Positions 44,074 to 54,460 of a DNA stretch of 64,000 nt are shown here, piece after piece. The translations under genes and the position numbers were made by a program. The first letter of the stretch is position 1; each line of letters starts with the position of its first letter. The stretch lies in the NCBI GenBank assembly GCA_038227875.1, contig JBBRPR010000027.1:41153-105152 (forward strand), written 5' to 3'. Below the pieces are notes generated by a model. That model was not told the origin of the DNA. It made no database searches and was given only the letters and a program-made list of their open reading frames with translations. The stretch comes from Planctomycetota bacterium. Its GTDB lineage: Bacteria; Planctomycetota; SZUA-567; H5-PLA8.

Positions 44074-45798
44074 CTACATTTTTACGTCGAACCGTTTCAC
44101 GGACATCGGCGCCAGCTCAATCTCGATCTTCCCGCCCTTGACCGCAAGGTCCGGATCGACCTGGATCGACTTGGGCGCCGTGTCGTTATATTCATACACC
44201 GGAACGCTCTGTTCGGGCAGCGCGTTCTTGAGATTCAGCACCACTTTGGCGGGCTTCGTCCCGCGCTTGTTGATGAGGATCAGCGTCAGCATCCCCGTCT
44301 TCGAATCCTTCGCCGCATGCACGGAGACATCCTCCGGCGCGCTGACCGTCGCGTTCAGGTACGTATCGCCGAAAGCTGTGTGCCGGCCGTCGGGGTTGCG
44401 GAACATGCGGAAGCCGAAGTAAATCGGCGTGCCCTTGTTTGGCGCGAACCAGTAGAAGCCAAAGTCGAGCTTCTCGCGCGCGAAGACGCCCAGCAGTTCG
44501 GCCTGCGTCACGCCGCCCGACGCATCGTCCTGTCCTTTGAAATCGTACTCGCCGATCGCCAGCTTCATTCCCGGATTGGCCTCGGCGATCCAATCGCGCA
44601 TTAGCGGAATCACGCGCAAGACCTTGCCGGTCTCCGAACCCATCCAGCTCGAATCCTTGAACGTCGGATCCCACATCACGCGCGTCTCCTGGACGCGCTT
44701 TTCCATCACCGCCGGATCGTGCGGTTTGCCGTCGACGTTGGCCTGCGGATAAAAATGGAAATCGAGAATGTCGACCAGTCGCACGCCATTCTTTTTCTCA
44801 TACTCGTTCAATTGCTGGAGGTACCACTTCGTCAGCGGCACTTTTCCATGAGCCGTGAAATCCGGCGGCTCGTTCCACGTTCCCTTGCCCTGTCCAATCA
44901 GCTGCGCGTCGAGCCCGGAGTAAAAATACTCCGTCCAGCCCCAGGAGGTCGGTCCGGCGAGCTTCACATTCGGATCGATCTTCTTCAGCGCAATCGCGTA
45001 ATCGCGGGTGCGCTGCCAGAGTTCATCGTAGCCGCACGCTTTGGGGTGCATGCCGAAATGCGACGTGTGCCAGAGTCCCGGCTCGTTATCCAGCGCGATG
45101 TAGTTCACGCCACCGGCACCGGCCTTGCCGAATTTCATCTCGTTGATCGTGAAGTCGAGCAGCTTCACCTGCTCCTCGAGCGGCATCTCGACGGACGTGT
45201 CGTCGGGATTCGGCTCCAGCGCCTTGATGATCGGCTTGCCCTTGTCGTCGAGCTTCGGCGTGCCGTCCTCGCCGACTTCAAACTGCTTACCGTTGCCCGC
45301 GTAGGCGTAATCCCAATCTGCATGTTCCTGCCCGATCCACTTTTCCTGATGGGGATATTTCTTGATATCGAACGCGACCGACGTCCCATCCTTCGCCACG
45401 CGCCCCATCATCGGAATCGTGAGGTAACCTTCCAGCCCCGCCTCCTTGTTGCCCTGATGAAACGCGACCCACCAATTCTTCTCCGGCCCAACCGGCTTGC
45501 CCGTGTTGACGTACCACCAGTCCGCGCCGCTCGAGGTAAAGCCCGCTTTCCAGTTGTACGGCGTACACGGATTGCCGCCGAGCCGCCGCACCGACACGCC
45601 CATCTCCAGCGCCAGCTTCGGATCCGCCTGGGCGATGCCGTAAATGTACGGACTGATCGGCGTGCCGGCCGCGTCCGTATCGAGCTCCACGGTCACAACT
45701 TCAACCGCGGGCGGCGGCGCTTTCGGTTCTTCCGCTGAGAGTATGGAGCCGAGGGAGCAGGCAACGAGCACGGCGGCGAGCGCGAACGCATGACGCAT
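44074..45798 (-). CDS. Secreted glycoside hydrolase (TIM-barrel; family uncertain, possibly GH44-like)
   Basis: Signal peptide. YIYGIAQ...RLGGNPCTPYNW block, many aromatic/acidic residues typical of GH, and length 574 aa. Confidence 0.55.
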   Translation of the reverse strand: MRHAFALAAVLVACSLGSILSAEEPKAPPPAVEVVTVELDTDAAGTPISPYIYGIAQADPKLALEMGVSVRRLGGNPCTPYNWKAGFTSSGADWWYVNTGKPVGPEKNWWVAFHQGNKEAGLEGYLTIPMMGRVAKDGTSVAFDIKKYPHQEKWIGQEHADWDYAYAGNGKQFEVGEDGTPKLDDKGKPIIKALEPNPDDTSVEMPLEEQVKLLDFTINEMKFGKAGAGGVNYIALDNEPGLWHTSHFGMHPKACGYDELWQRTRDYAIALKKIDPNVKLAGPTSWGWTEYFYSGLDAQLIGQGKGTWNEPPDFTAHGKVPLTKWYLQQLNEYEKKNGVRLVDILDFHFYPQANVDGKPHDPAVMEKRVQETRVMWDPTFKDSSWMGSETGKVLRVIPLMRDWIAEANPGMKLAIGEYDFKGQDDASGGVTQAELLGVFAREKLDFGFYWFAPNKGTPIYFGFRMFRNPDGRHTAFGDTYLNATVSAPEDVSVHAAKDSKTGMLTLILINKRGTKPAKVVLNLKNALPEQSVPVYEYNDTAPKSIQVDPDLAVKGGKIEIELAPMSVKRFDVKM

Positions 45799-45916
45799 TC
45801 AGGAGTTCTCCGGAGAAGGATGCTGAAATTGTGAACACCGATTCTTCAGAGATGTTGAGGCAATTCCACCGGAGAACGCAACGGTTTCACCGGCGGAACA
45901 AAGTGGAGCGCTGTAC

Positions 45917-47992
45917 TCAGGCGATCAGATCGCCATCTATTTCGTCGCTGCCTTCCACTTTCAGTCCGCGGCGGAACGCTTCTTCGCGGTAGTGGCCGGC
46001 GAGATTCCAGAGACCTTCGTTTTCAAGCTGCGACACCAGCGCTTCGATTTTCGATGGGCTGGGGTTGCTGCCGAGCACGCGGTCGAGATGCGTGATCGCT
46101 TCGCTGTAGCGCCGGTCGCGGGCGAACGTCAGCCCAATATGCAGCGCCACCTTCGGGGGATGCGCACCCAGCTCCAGCGCGCGCCGGAACGCCGCGTGCG
46201 CGTGCGCCGACTGATTGGTGTTGCGGTGCATCTCGCCCAGCACCAGCCACCAGTACGATTCCTTCGGTTCGAGCACCGTCAATTCCTGCAGTAGCTTCGC
46301 CGCTTCGCCGTGCGCCTGCCGTTGCATCAGGCAGAGCACCAGGTTGTAGCGCGACGAGAGTTCCTTGGGCTGCTCAGCCAGCGCGCCGCGGAAATGCTTC
46401 TCGGCGTCGCCGTCCTTGTGTTCGGCCAGCGCCGTCAGGCCGGAGCAAAACGCGCGGTCGTGGCGCAGGTACGATTCACGCACCGTCGGCCACCACTTCT
46501 GAAACACCTCGCGCGCCCGCAGGCGTCCAAAGCTGCGCCCAGTCAGCGTCTTCAGCAGCCACGGCATGTCGAGGTTCAATTCCAGCGGGTAGCGCGTCCA
46601 CAGGTCGCTGATGTAATCGACCAGCAGCACGCGCTGCATCAAGCGGCGCGCGACCTTGCGGACGGGCATGCCCAGATTTTCGAGCACGTGCGAGTCGGCG
46701 TGGAGCAGGCCGAAGGCGTCCGTGCATTCTGGATACAGCAACAAGCGCTGCGGCTGCCGGAAGAACGTGTCGACCGGATCCTTCTCGCGCAACGCCCGCT
46801 GCATGCCGTTGAGAAAGAGAATCTGCGCCGAAAGTTCCTTCAGCAGCGGCTCCTCGGCGGGGCCGGCCATCTTCTGCGCCAGCGCGTCAGCAGCCGCGTC
46901 GCAATCCAGACGGATAAAGCGCGCCACGATGGAGACTGCGGCCGAGTCGCCGGTCCAGTCGTCGCGGCGTTCGTCCCACCATGCCGCCCAGTTGTCGCCG
47001 GGATTGAAAGCGAAGGCGTGTCCGGTGATTCGCGTGAGAATGCTGTCGGCCTGGTTGTGGAAATGGCTGGCCGGATCGAGCCCCGCCGCGACGAGCATGT
47101 CCATCAGCGCCGTGCGCGCATCGATCAGCACGCGCAGGCTGTCGCGGTTGGATGCGGTAACGAAGGAGGTCATTGTCTTCGCGTCGATCACGGTGACTTT
47201 AAAATCGTGGTCCATCATCAGGCGGCGGAAAGCGCGCGCCCCGTCGCCGGGCCGGTTATCGACCAGCGCGGTCCAGTCCGACACGGCGCTCAGCAGCCGC
47301 GTGGATTTGTGCGCCAGCGCTTCGGGCGAGAACATGGCCAGATGGAAATTAACCGATTCCATGTCGCGGTCGCTGAGCGCCCGGCAGGCCTGCTGCCAGG
47401 CGTGTTTTTCCGCGGGCGGAAAACCCGGTTCGATGCGCGGGAACCAGCGCTGCCATTGCTTGCGCGCGCCTTCTTCCAGCAGCAGGCTGTACAGCGCGTA
47501 GGTGGCCACGCCGGTGCTCGCCGCCAACCCCAGCGGCGCTCCGGAAAGCCGCGCCAGCACTGCGGCGACTACGCCGAGACTCAATTCCAGCACATCCAGC
47601 AGGCAGAGATTGAATTGCGTCCGCGAACGCGCCGGCGCTTTCTCGTCGGGCGTCTTCCGCGCGCTGCAGCACAGCCGCTCCGTCGAAGGGCTCTGCAGAT
47701 ACGTGATCATCCACGCGCAACCCATCGGGTATGCCGCGTGCAACCAGAGACTGCCTTCGCGCGGGCCGGAGAAAAGTTGAACTAAGTGATCGAGCGCCTG
47801 AACGCCAAGCAAGGTGAGGCAGGCCAGCCGGCCGATCTGCACAAACTGGAGCAGGAGAAACGTCCCGACTAGCAGCGCCGAAGCCGACGCCGCCAACACC
47901 GCCAGATCGAAAGGCACATGGACATGCGTGCGAAGGGTGAATGCATCAGCTGCAGAGATCAGGCAGAACGCGCTGACCCACCAGAACTCCAT
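45917..47992 (-). CDS. Membrane protein with an N-terminal multi-TM region and C-terminal TPR repeats
   Basis: Hydrophobic N-terminus. C-terminal TPR-like blocks (AHAAFRRALELGAHPPKVALHIGLTFARDRRYSEAITHLDRVL). The start is uncertain (47992 or 48007). Confidence 0.5.
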   Translation of the reverse strand: MEFWWVSAFCLISAADAFTLRTHVHVPFDLAVLAASASALLVGTFLLLQFVQIGRLACLTLLGVQALDHLVQLFSGPREGSLWLHAAYPMGCAWMITYLQSPSTERLCCSARKTPDEKAPARSRTQFNLCLLDVLELSLGVVAAVLARLSGAPLGLAASTGVATYALYSLLLEEGARKQWQRWFPRIEPGFPPAEKHAWQQACRALSDRDMESVNFHLAMFSPEALAHKSTRLLSAVSDWTALVDNRPGDGARAFRRLMMDHDFKVTVIDAKTMTSFVTASNRDSLRVLIDARTALMDMLVAAGLDPASHFHNQADSILTRITGHAFAFNPGDNWAAWWDERRDDWTGDSAAVSIVARFIRLDCDAAADALAQKMAGPAEEPLLKELSAQILFLNGMQRALREKDPVDTFFRQPQRLLLYPECTDAFGLLHADSHVLENLGMPVRKVARRLMQRVLLVDYISDLWTRYPLELNLDMPWLLKTLTGRSFGRLRAREVFQKWWPTVRESYLRHDRAFCSGLTALAEHKDGDAEKHFRGALAEQPKELSSRYNLVLCLMQRQAHGEAAKLLQELTVLEPKESYWWLVLGEMHRNTNQSAHAHAAFRRALELGAHPPKVALHIGLTFARDRRYSEAITHLDRVLGSNPSPSKIEALVSQLENEGLWNLAGHYREEAFRRGLKVEGSDEIDGDLIA

Positions 47993-48435
47993 TGGACGAC
48001 GCCGCATAATGGTAGGAAGCCCCGCACTGGAACCCGCACGCGTGACTGAAACTGGCTCGAATTAAGATAACGCCCTTCGCACCGTGAGCAACACTTTCAT
48101 CGTGAAAAGATCATCAAAAAGTGAGTCGCCGATAAAAGCTATAAAATTAGCGGCAGGAACTATGCCGTAGATGCCCACGCCAACGATAACAGATGGGATC
48201 GGGGATCTGGCATCGGGCATCTGCTTTTTGGGAGGCACGTCCGTAATGCCCAATCGGAGAGAAATAACGTTGTAATACGGTGCGCCCACAAAATGACCGA
48301 TGCCAGATGCCCGATCCCCGATGCCATTAGTTGGCGTCGAGCCCGACCCCTTCACTAGAATCTTCCCCGCCATCCGCTATCTTTATCGTTTCCGTCGCGA
48401 CACGACGGCACAGACCATTTTCACTTGGAGAAGCC

Positions 48436-49677
48436 ATGGACGCTGCACTTCGTACGGCGCTGATTCGCGCCGCTGAAACCCAGGGGACGCCGGTTTACGT
48501 CTACGACAAAGCCACCATCGTCACGCGCTGCGAGTCGCTCAACGCCGCGATCACCTACCCCAAGAAGAAGCTGCTCTACGCGATGAAAGCCAACTCCAAC
48601 CAGGCCGTCGTCAAGACGATCCTCGGCACCGGATTCGGACTCGACTGCGTCAGCCTCGGCGAAGTGCAGTTCGGCTTGAAGCTCGGCGCCGATCGCGTGC
48701 TCTACACCAACAACAACGTCTCCGACGAAGAGTTCAACGCCGTCGTCAAGATTGGTAAAGAGACCGGCAAGATCTGGATCAACTGCGACAGCCTGCAGCG
48801 CCTCAACGACCTGCCCGAAGGCACCGCCTGCTTCGTCCGCATCAACGGCCCCGTCGGCGGCGGACATCACGACCATGTCATCACCTGCGGCCCGGAGAGC
48901 AAATTCGGCGTGCCGTGGGAACACGTCCCCGACGTCCTGAAGATCGTGACCGAACGCAAGCTCAAGCTGATCGGCGTCCACCAGCACATCGGCTCGGGCA
49001 TCCGCGAAGTCGAGAAATTCGCCGAAGCGATGGAAGTGCTCCTGAGCGTGCTGCGCAAGAACAAGCTCCCGGATCTGGAGTTCGTCGACTTCGGCGGCGG
49101 CATCGGCGTACCGTACCGGCCGACGGAAAAACCGATCGACCTGAAAGCCTTCGGCGCGATGCTCTCGACGCGCTTCACCCAGTTCTGCAAGGACGCCGGA
49201 AAAGAGCTGACCCTGGTGCTCGAACCCGGCCGCTTCCCGGTCGCCGAGAGCGGCTATCTCGTCGCCAAGGCCAACACGATCAAGGAGACGCCGTACAGCA
49301 AAACCTTCGCGGGCATCAACACCGGCTTCAACCATCTCGTCCGCCCGACGATGTACGGCAGCTACCATCACATCACGAACCTGAGCAACCCCGACGGTGC
49401 GCAGAAGCCCTATTACGTCGCCGGCAACATCTGCGAAAGCGGCGACATCTTCACGCGCGGCGACGGCGACGAAAACAGCGCCGCCTCGCGCACGCTCCCC
49501 GAAATCCGCCGCGGCGATTTCCTCGCCATCCACAACGCCGGCGCCTACGGCTACGCGATGGCCTCCGAATACAACATGCGCCCTCGCCCGGCCGAACTGC
49601 TGCTCGACAAGGGCGAACTGATCGTCGCCCGCAAAGCCAAGAGCGTGGAAGACGTGGTGCGGGAGTTCATGGGCTGA
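48436..49677 (+). CDS. lysA: PLP-dependent fold-III decarboxylase, best fit diaminopimelate decarboxylase
   Basis: Motifs TPVYVYD, AMKANSN (PLP lysine), GGGIGVPY, EPGR and GNICESGD. GGAG RBS before the ATG at 48436. The family also includes carboxynorspermidine decarboxylases, so the substrate is inferred. Confidence 0.7.
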   Translation: MDAALRTALIRAAETQGTPVYVYDKATIVTRCESLNAAITYPKKKLLYAMKANSNQAVVKTILGTGFGLDCVSLGEVQFGLKLGADRVLYTNNNVSDEEFNAVVKIGKETGKIWINCDSLQRLNDLPEGTACFVRINGPVGGGHHDHVITCGPESKFGVPWEHVPDVLKIVTERKLKLIGVHQHIGSGIREVEKFAEAMEVLLSVLRKNKLPDLEFVDFGGGIGVPYRPTEKPIDLKAFGAMLSTRFTQFCKDAGKELTLVLEPGRFPVAESGYLVAKANTIKETPYSKTFAGINTGFNHLVRPTMYGSYHHITNLSNPDGAQKPYYVAGNICESGDIFTRGDGDENSAASRTLPEIRRGDFLAIHNAGAYGYAMASEYNMRPRPAELLLDKGELIVARKAKSVEDVVREFMG

Positions 49678-49682
49678 GCGCG

Positions 49683-50232
49683 CTTAAGCGCGCTGACGCG
49701 CTGACGCGCGAGGGCCAGGGGTCAGGGCCAGGGGTCAGAGATGGGCGCGCGCAAGGGCACTTGAAGGAGAATCAGCGCGCGATGGTGGCCGCGCGGATGT
49801 TGCCGCACTTCGAAGAGGAAGCATTCCTGCGCAGGAATGTCAAAGGAGTGGTCAAAAGCCAACATGGGGACTGTAGTCCCCATCCTGACCACGGTCGAGC
49901 GAAGGACCACGCAGGAAGAGTCCTTAACATTTCCGGTAAGAGTGTGAGCTTTGCACGCAATCTCTTGGACCATGGCATCCCTGCTCGACCGAGGCGTGGT
50001 CGTCATCCGCAGCGACGACGCGGAAAAGTAGCGTGTCTCTATGAACGTTGAGTAAAGCAGACGACGGGTGGCCCGGCCTCTAAGGCCGGGTCGCTTGGCG
50101 ACAAGAGGCTCCAGGACAATCGTTGCGATCAATAGAGCGCAACGATTGTCCGCGAGTGCTTCGAAGTCGGATAACTTTTCGTGCGCGCCCCCACCTCTGG
50201 CCCTGACCCCTCGCGCGTCAGCGCGCCGCGCG
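49683..50232. repeat. About 550-bp intergenic element bounded by 30-nt terminal inverted repeats (CGCGCTGACGCGCGAGGG[G]TCAGGGCCAG...) and containing several perfect internal hairpins
   Basis: Left TIR at 49690-49740, with internal direct duplications. Right TIR at 50186-50230. Internal hairpins: GGGGACTGTAGTCCCC, CCCGGCCTCTAAGGCCGGG, CAATCGTTGCG...CGCAACGATTG. GC is lower than the flanks. Confidence 0.6.
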
Positions 50233-50234
50233 CG

Positions 50235-51335
50235 CTAGAGCTTCGTCTTCAGGTCCACGCGCCGTCCGGTCTTCGCGGACTCCAAACCGGCGAGCAGGAT
50301 CTCGGTGATGTGGCGGGCGGTGCGGGCGGTTTCGAAGCCGACGGGCGCGCCGGTGCGGATCGAGTTGATCCACTGCAGGTGCGGGTCGACGTAGGCGTGC
50401 TTCTTGCAGTCGATATCTTTGCGCTTGGCGGCGACGTCTTCGGATTTCTTGCTGGCTTGCTGGTAGAGCGAGATTTCGGCGCCCGCGTAGCCGGGGAATT
50501 CGGCGCGACCCAGCGTGCCGTGGACCATCAGGCGGCCGGAGCGCGCGCCGTCGCACCAGCCAGTTTCGGCTGAGGCGATCGCGCCGTTGGCGAACTGGAT
50601 GATCAGCGTCGCGGTGTCTTCCACCGCGCTGGGCTTGTCGAGAATCGCGGTCATGCCCATCACGGATTTGGCCGACCCGAGAATCGCGACGAGGCGCGCC
50701 ACGGCGTAGACGCCCATGTCGAAGAGCGCACCGACGGCGGCTTCGCCGGCTTCGAAGAACCAGAGTTTCTCGCCCGGCTTCAGCGGCGGTTCTTTCAGCA
50801 ACTGGCGGATGCCGGCGTAGTAAACTTCCGGGCCGCCGTGCGAGAAGCGGCAGTGCGCGCCGGAGATTTTGCCGAGCAGGCCTTCCGCGATCAGATCGCG
50901 CATGGTCAGAATCTGCGGAAACGTGAGCTGCGGCAGGCAGTAGACGACCTGCTTCGAGGCTTCCGCGGCCTTCACGAAGCGGTCGGCTTCGTCCATCGTC
51001 GGCGCCAGCGGCTTCTGCATGAAGACGTGCTTGCCGGCCTTGAGCGCCGCCAGTCCGAGGTCGACGTGATGCGGATGCGGCGTGGCGATCACGACCGCGT
51101 CGATCGACGGGTCTTCGATCACGGCGTTGTAATCGGTGAACGCCTTGCCGCCGTGGCGGTCGGTGAGCACTTTAAGCCGCGACATTTTGCGCCCGGCCAG
51201 CGCGGCGATCTTGACGCCTTTGATTTTTTCCAGCTGCGGCAGATGCATCTTCGCCGCGATGCCGCCGGCGCCGATGATGCCGATCGAAATGGGCTCGTCC
51301 AATTCCGCGGGGATCCGGCGTGACGCTTTGGCCAT
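50235..51335 (-). CDS. Gfo/Idh/MocA family NAD(P)-dependent oxidoreductase
   Basis: N-terminal Rossmann ISIGIIGAGGIAAKMHLPQL and the central EKPLA-type motif (FMQKPLAP). Confidence 0.8.
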   Translation of the reverse strand: MAKASRRIPAELDEPISIGIIGAGGIAAKMHLPQLEKIKGVKIAALAGRKMSRLKVLTDRHGGKAFTDYNAVIEDPSIDAVVIATPHPHHVDLGLAALKAGKHVFMQKPLAPTMDEADRFVKAAEASKQVVYCLPQLTFPQILTMRDLIAEGLLGKISGAHCRFSHGGPEVYYAGIRQLLKEPPLKPGEKLWFFEAGEAAVGALFDMGVYAVARLVAILGSAKSVMGMTAILDKPSAVEDTATLIIQFANGAIASAETGWCDGARSGRLMVHGTLGRAEFPGYAGAEISLYQQASKKSEDVAAKRKDIDCKKHAYVDPHLQWINSIRTGAPVGFETARTARHITEILLAGLESAKTGRRVDLKTKL

Positions 51336-51410
51336 GCTGTATTAGTCCTCGACTAGCCTGTTTTGGAATGCGAAAACGCGATGATAGTGAAATGCGCGTG
51401 CCCCGCAATC

Positions 51411-51449
51411 GGTGAAAACAAAACCGGCAAGCGCGTATGCGCTTGCCGG
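51411..51449 (-). terminator. Rho-independent terminator after tex (minus strand)
   Basis: On the minus strand: CCGGCAAGCGC-ATAC-GCGCTTGCCGG followed by TTTTGTTTTC. Confidence 0.6.
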
Positions 51450-51478
51450 TTTCCACTGCTCAACTTTCACGACTCAAC

Positions 51479-54241
51479 TCACTTATCCGTATCGACGCCC
51501 GCCTGCTTCAAGAGATCGGCCAGCGACGTGCCAGTCGACTGCTGTTTGCGCATCACTTCGCGGACTTCGTCGCGGGAGGCGCCGTCGGCGTTGCCGGGGC
51601 GCTTTTCGCGTTCCTTTTCTTTGCGCTTGCCCTTCACGAAGAACTTCGAGTAGTCGGGCTTGCCGGGCGCGGGCTTCGGGGGCGTGCGTTCGTGACGTTC
51701 TCCGCCGCCACCACCACCGCTGCGACCTCGTCCGCCAGCACCACCACCGCCGCCGCTACCGCCGCCAGGACCGCGGTTGCGGTCAAAGCGCCGTGCGCCG
51801 GGTTTCTGTGAAGCATCGGCCGGAGCGCCGGATCCGGGTGCGCCGGGCGTGCTGGGTGCGCCAGCCGTTGCGGGCTGACCGGGTGTGCCTTGACCTTGTC
51901 CCTGGCGTGGCGGACGCGAGCCACGATCGAAGCGACGCGGCGGCCGGGACTGTTGCGTCGACGCGGTGCCTTCCGCACCCGGCGTTCCGGCAGCAGCCGG
52001 AGCGCCAGCGACAGCCGGCGTCGTTCCGGACGTGCGCGCGGGGCGCGGACGCGGAGCGGGCTTGGGCTTGCGCGGTTCGCGGACCGGCGCTTCCTGCAGC
52101 GCCTTGATCGAGAGGCTGATGCGCTTGCGCTCGAGATCGACCGAGAGCACCTTCACCTTCACGTGCTGGCCGATGGCGAGGGCTTCGGACGGATCGCGGA
52201 TGAACTTATGCGTGATCGCCGAGATGTGGACCAGGCCGTCCTGGTGGACGCCGACGTCGACAAACGCGCCGAACGCGGTCAGGTTGGTCACGACGCCGTT
52301 GAGCGCCATGCCTTCCGTCAGGTCCTTGACTTCGTGAACACTCTCGTTGAATTCCGGATTGACGAACTGGTCGCGCGGATCGCGGCCGGGCTTCTTCAAC
52401 TCCTCAACGATGTCCTTTAAGGTGTAGTCGCCGATCTGGTCGGACTTGAACTGATTCAGATCGAGCTTGGCCAGCGCATCGGCGTTGCCGACGAGTTCCT
52501 TCACGCCCACGCCGGCGGCCGCGGCCATCTTTTCGACGACAGGGTAGGCTTCCGGATGGACGGCGGAGTTGTCGAGCGGGTTTTCACTGCCGCGCACGCG
52601 CAAGAATCCGGCGCACTGTTCAAACATCTTCGGTCCGAGGCCCGGGATCTCCAACAGGTCCTGGCGCGACTTGAACCCGGACTTGGCGGTGCGCGTGTCG
52701 ATCACGCTCTTGGCCAGCTTCGGTCCGATGCCGGCGATGTAGCGCAGCAGCGGCGCGCTGGCGGTATTGACGTCCACGCCGACATGATTTACGCAGCTTT
52801 CCACGATCTCGTCGAGCTTCTGCTTGAGCAGCGTCTGGTCGACATCGTGCTGGTACTGTCCGACGCCGATGGTTTTCGGTTCGAGCTTCACCAGCTCGGC
52901 CAGCGGGTCCTGCAAGCGGCGGCCGATGGAGACGGTGCCGCGGACGGTGATGTCGACGTCGGGCAGTTCTTCGCGCGCGACGGGCGATGCGCTATAAATC
53001 GAGGCGCCCGATTCGCTGACGATGACGCGGATGATGCCGGTGATGCTCGCCGATTTCAGCACGTCGCGGATGAACGCGTCGGCTTCGCGGCCGCCGGTGC
53101 CGTTGCCGATGGCCAGCGCCTGGACGCCGTGTGCCTGGATCAGCTTCAGGATCGTTTCGCCGGCGGTCTTGCGTTCCTCGTCGCTCTTGTCGGGGTAGAT
53201 CACGGCGTGTTCGAGCAGCTTGCCGCGCGGATCGAGAATCGCGATCTTGCAGCCGGTGCGCAGGCCCGGGTCGATGGCCAGCACCATCTTCTCGCCCAGC
53301 GGAGCCTGGAGCAGCAGTGCGCGCAGATTCTTGGCGAAGACTTCGATCGCTTCGAGGTCGGCGCGATGCTTCAGGTCCTGGCGGAGTTCGTTGTCCATCG
53401 ACGGGGCGAGGAGGCGGTCGTAGCTTTCCTCGATCGCCAGCACCAGTTCGGGGCGCAGGATCGCGTCCTGATTTTTGACCACCAGCGTTTTGATCTCGCT
53501 GAGGATTTTTTCGCGGGGCGCTTCGAGCACCAGCGAGAGCTGTTTTTCCGACGCGCCGCGCATCACGGCCAGAATGCGGTGCGCGGGAATCTTGTTCAGC
53601 GGCTCGGAGAACTGCGCGTAGTTGGCGAACTTGCCCTTGGCCAGGTCGACGCCTTCGCGGGCCTTGGTGACGACCTTGCCTTCGTTGATCAGCGCTTCGC
53701 GGGCGATCTTGCGGCAGGGCGCGTCTTCGGCAATGCGCTCGGCGACAATGTCGCGCGCGCCGGCCAGCGCTTCGGCCATGTCCTTGACGCCCTTTTCGGC
53801 GTTGATGAACGGGGTACAGATTTCTTCGGGGCTGCCGGTGGCGACTTCCTGCTTCCAGATCAGGTCGGCCAGCGGCTCGAGTCCCTTCTGCTTGGCGGCC
53901 GTGGAGCGCGTGCGGCGGCGGGCGCGGAAAGGCATGTAAAGGTCTTCGAGTTCGACCTTGGTCGTCGCGGCCTTGACGGCGGCTTCGAGTTCCGGCGAGA
54001 GCTTGTTCTGCTCGCCGATGGTTTTCAGCACCAGCTCGCGCCGCTGTTCCAGCTCGGTCAGGTACTTCAAGCGGTCCTTGATCTCGGCGATCTTGACCTC
54101 GTCGAGCCCCCCTGTCCTTTCTTTGCGGTAACGCGCAATGAACGGCACGGTGGCTTCGTCGCGAAGCAACGACACCGTACCCTCGACCTGGGTTCGTCCA
54201 AGTTTCAACTCACTTGAAATGCGATCAATCACGTCCAGCAT
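51479..54241 (-). CDS. tex: Transcription accessory protein Tex (HhH, YqgF, S1 domains) with a long Gly/Pro-rich C-terminal extension
   Basis: N-terminus ...TVPFIARYRKE, a YqgF/RNase-H-like region, and an S1 domain (GMALNGVVTNLTAFGAFVDVGVHQDGLVHISAI). About 190 C-terminal residues are low-complexity. The ORF track starts at 54460. Confidence 0.85.
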   Translation of the reverse strand: MLDVIDRISSELKLGRTQVEGTVSLLRDEATVPFIARYRKERTGGLDEVKIAEIKDRLKYLTELEQRRELVLKTIGEQNKLSPELEAAVKAATTKVELEDLYMPFRARRRTRSTAAKQKGLEPLADLIWKQEVATGSPEEICTPFINAEKGVKDMAEALAGARDIVAERIAEDAPCRKIAREALINEGKVVTKAREGVDLAKGKFANYAQFSEPLNKIPAHRILAVMRGASEKQLSLVLEAPREKILSEIKTLVVKNQDAILRPELVLAIEESYDRLLAPSMDNELRQDLKHRADLEAIEVFAKNLRALLLQAPLGEKMVLAIDPGLRTGCKIAILDPRGKLLEHAVIYPDKSDEERKTAGETILKLIQAHGVQALAIGNGTGGREADAFIRDVLKSASITGIIRVIVSESGASIYSASPVAREELPDVDITVRGTVSIGRRLQDPLAELVKLEPKTIGVGQYQHDVDQTLLKQKLDEIVESCVNHVGVDVNTASAPLLRYIAGIGPKLAKSVIDTRTAKSGFKSRQDLLEIPGLGPKMFEQCAGFLRVRGSENPLDNSAVHPEAYPVVEKMAAAAGVGVKELVGNADALAKLDLNQFKSDQIGDYTLKDIVEELKKPGRDPRDQFVNPEFNESVHEVKDLTEGMALNGVVTNLTAFGAFVDVGVHQDGLVHISAITHKFIRDPSEALAIGQHVKVKVLSVDLERKRISLSIKALQEAPVREPRKPKPAPRPRPARTSGTTPAVAGAPAAAGTPGAEGTASTQQSRPPRRFDRGSRPPRQGQGQGTPGQPATAGAPSTPGAPGSGAPADASQKPGARRFDRNRGPGGGSGGGGGAGGRGRSGGGGGGERHERTPPKPAPGKPDYSKFFVKGKRKEKEREKRPGNADGASRDEVREVMRKQQSTGTSLADLLKQAGVDTDK

Positions 54242-54460
54242 AAGCTCTATTCTTCCCGTACGGCGTGGCGCGTCCGAAAGTGGTGCGCCGAAGCGTGCGT
54301 ACCCTACCACAGTGACATTGGAGATTCGAGTTTCGATTTGGAACGGGCGGTTTTGGCGGTGCGCAAGGGGGTTGCCGGCGGGACCTGTACCACAATTGTG
54401 AAGTGCGCCGCCGCGTATTGTGGTGCAGGCGTCCCGCCTGCAAACGTTACGTGCCCCCAA

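Noticed and set aside
49745-50180. Possible tmRNA, RNase P RNA or SRP RNA in the hairpin-rich intergenic element
   Set aside because: I checked both strands for the tmRNA 5' GGGG...UUCGAC and 3' T-arm/CCA, the RNase P P4 halves (GGAAAGUCCGG / ACAGAANCCGGCUUA) and the SRP domain IV motif. Only partial, non-colinear resemblances were found, so it is left as an unclassified TIR-flanked element.
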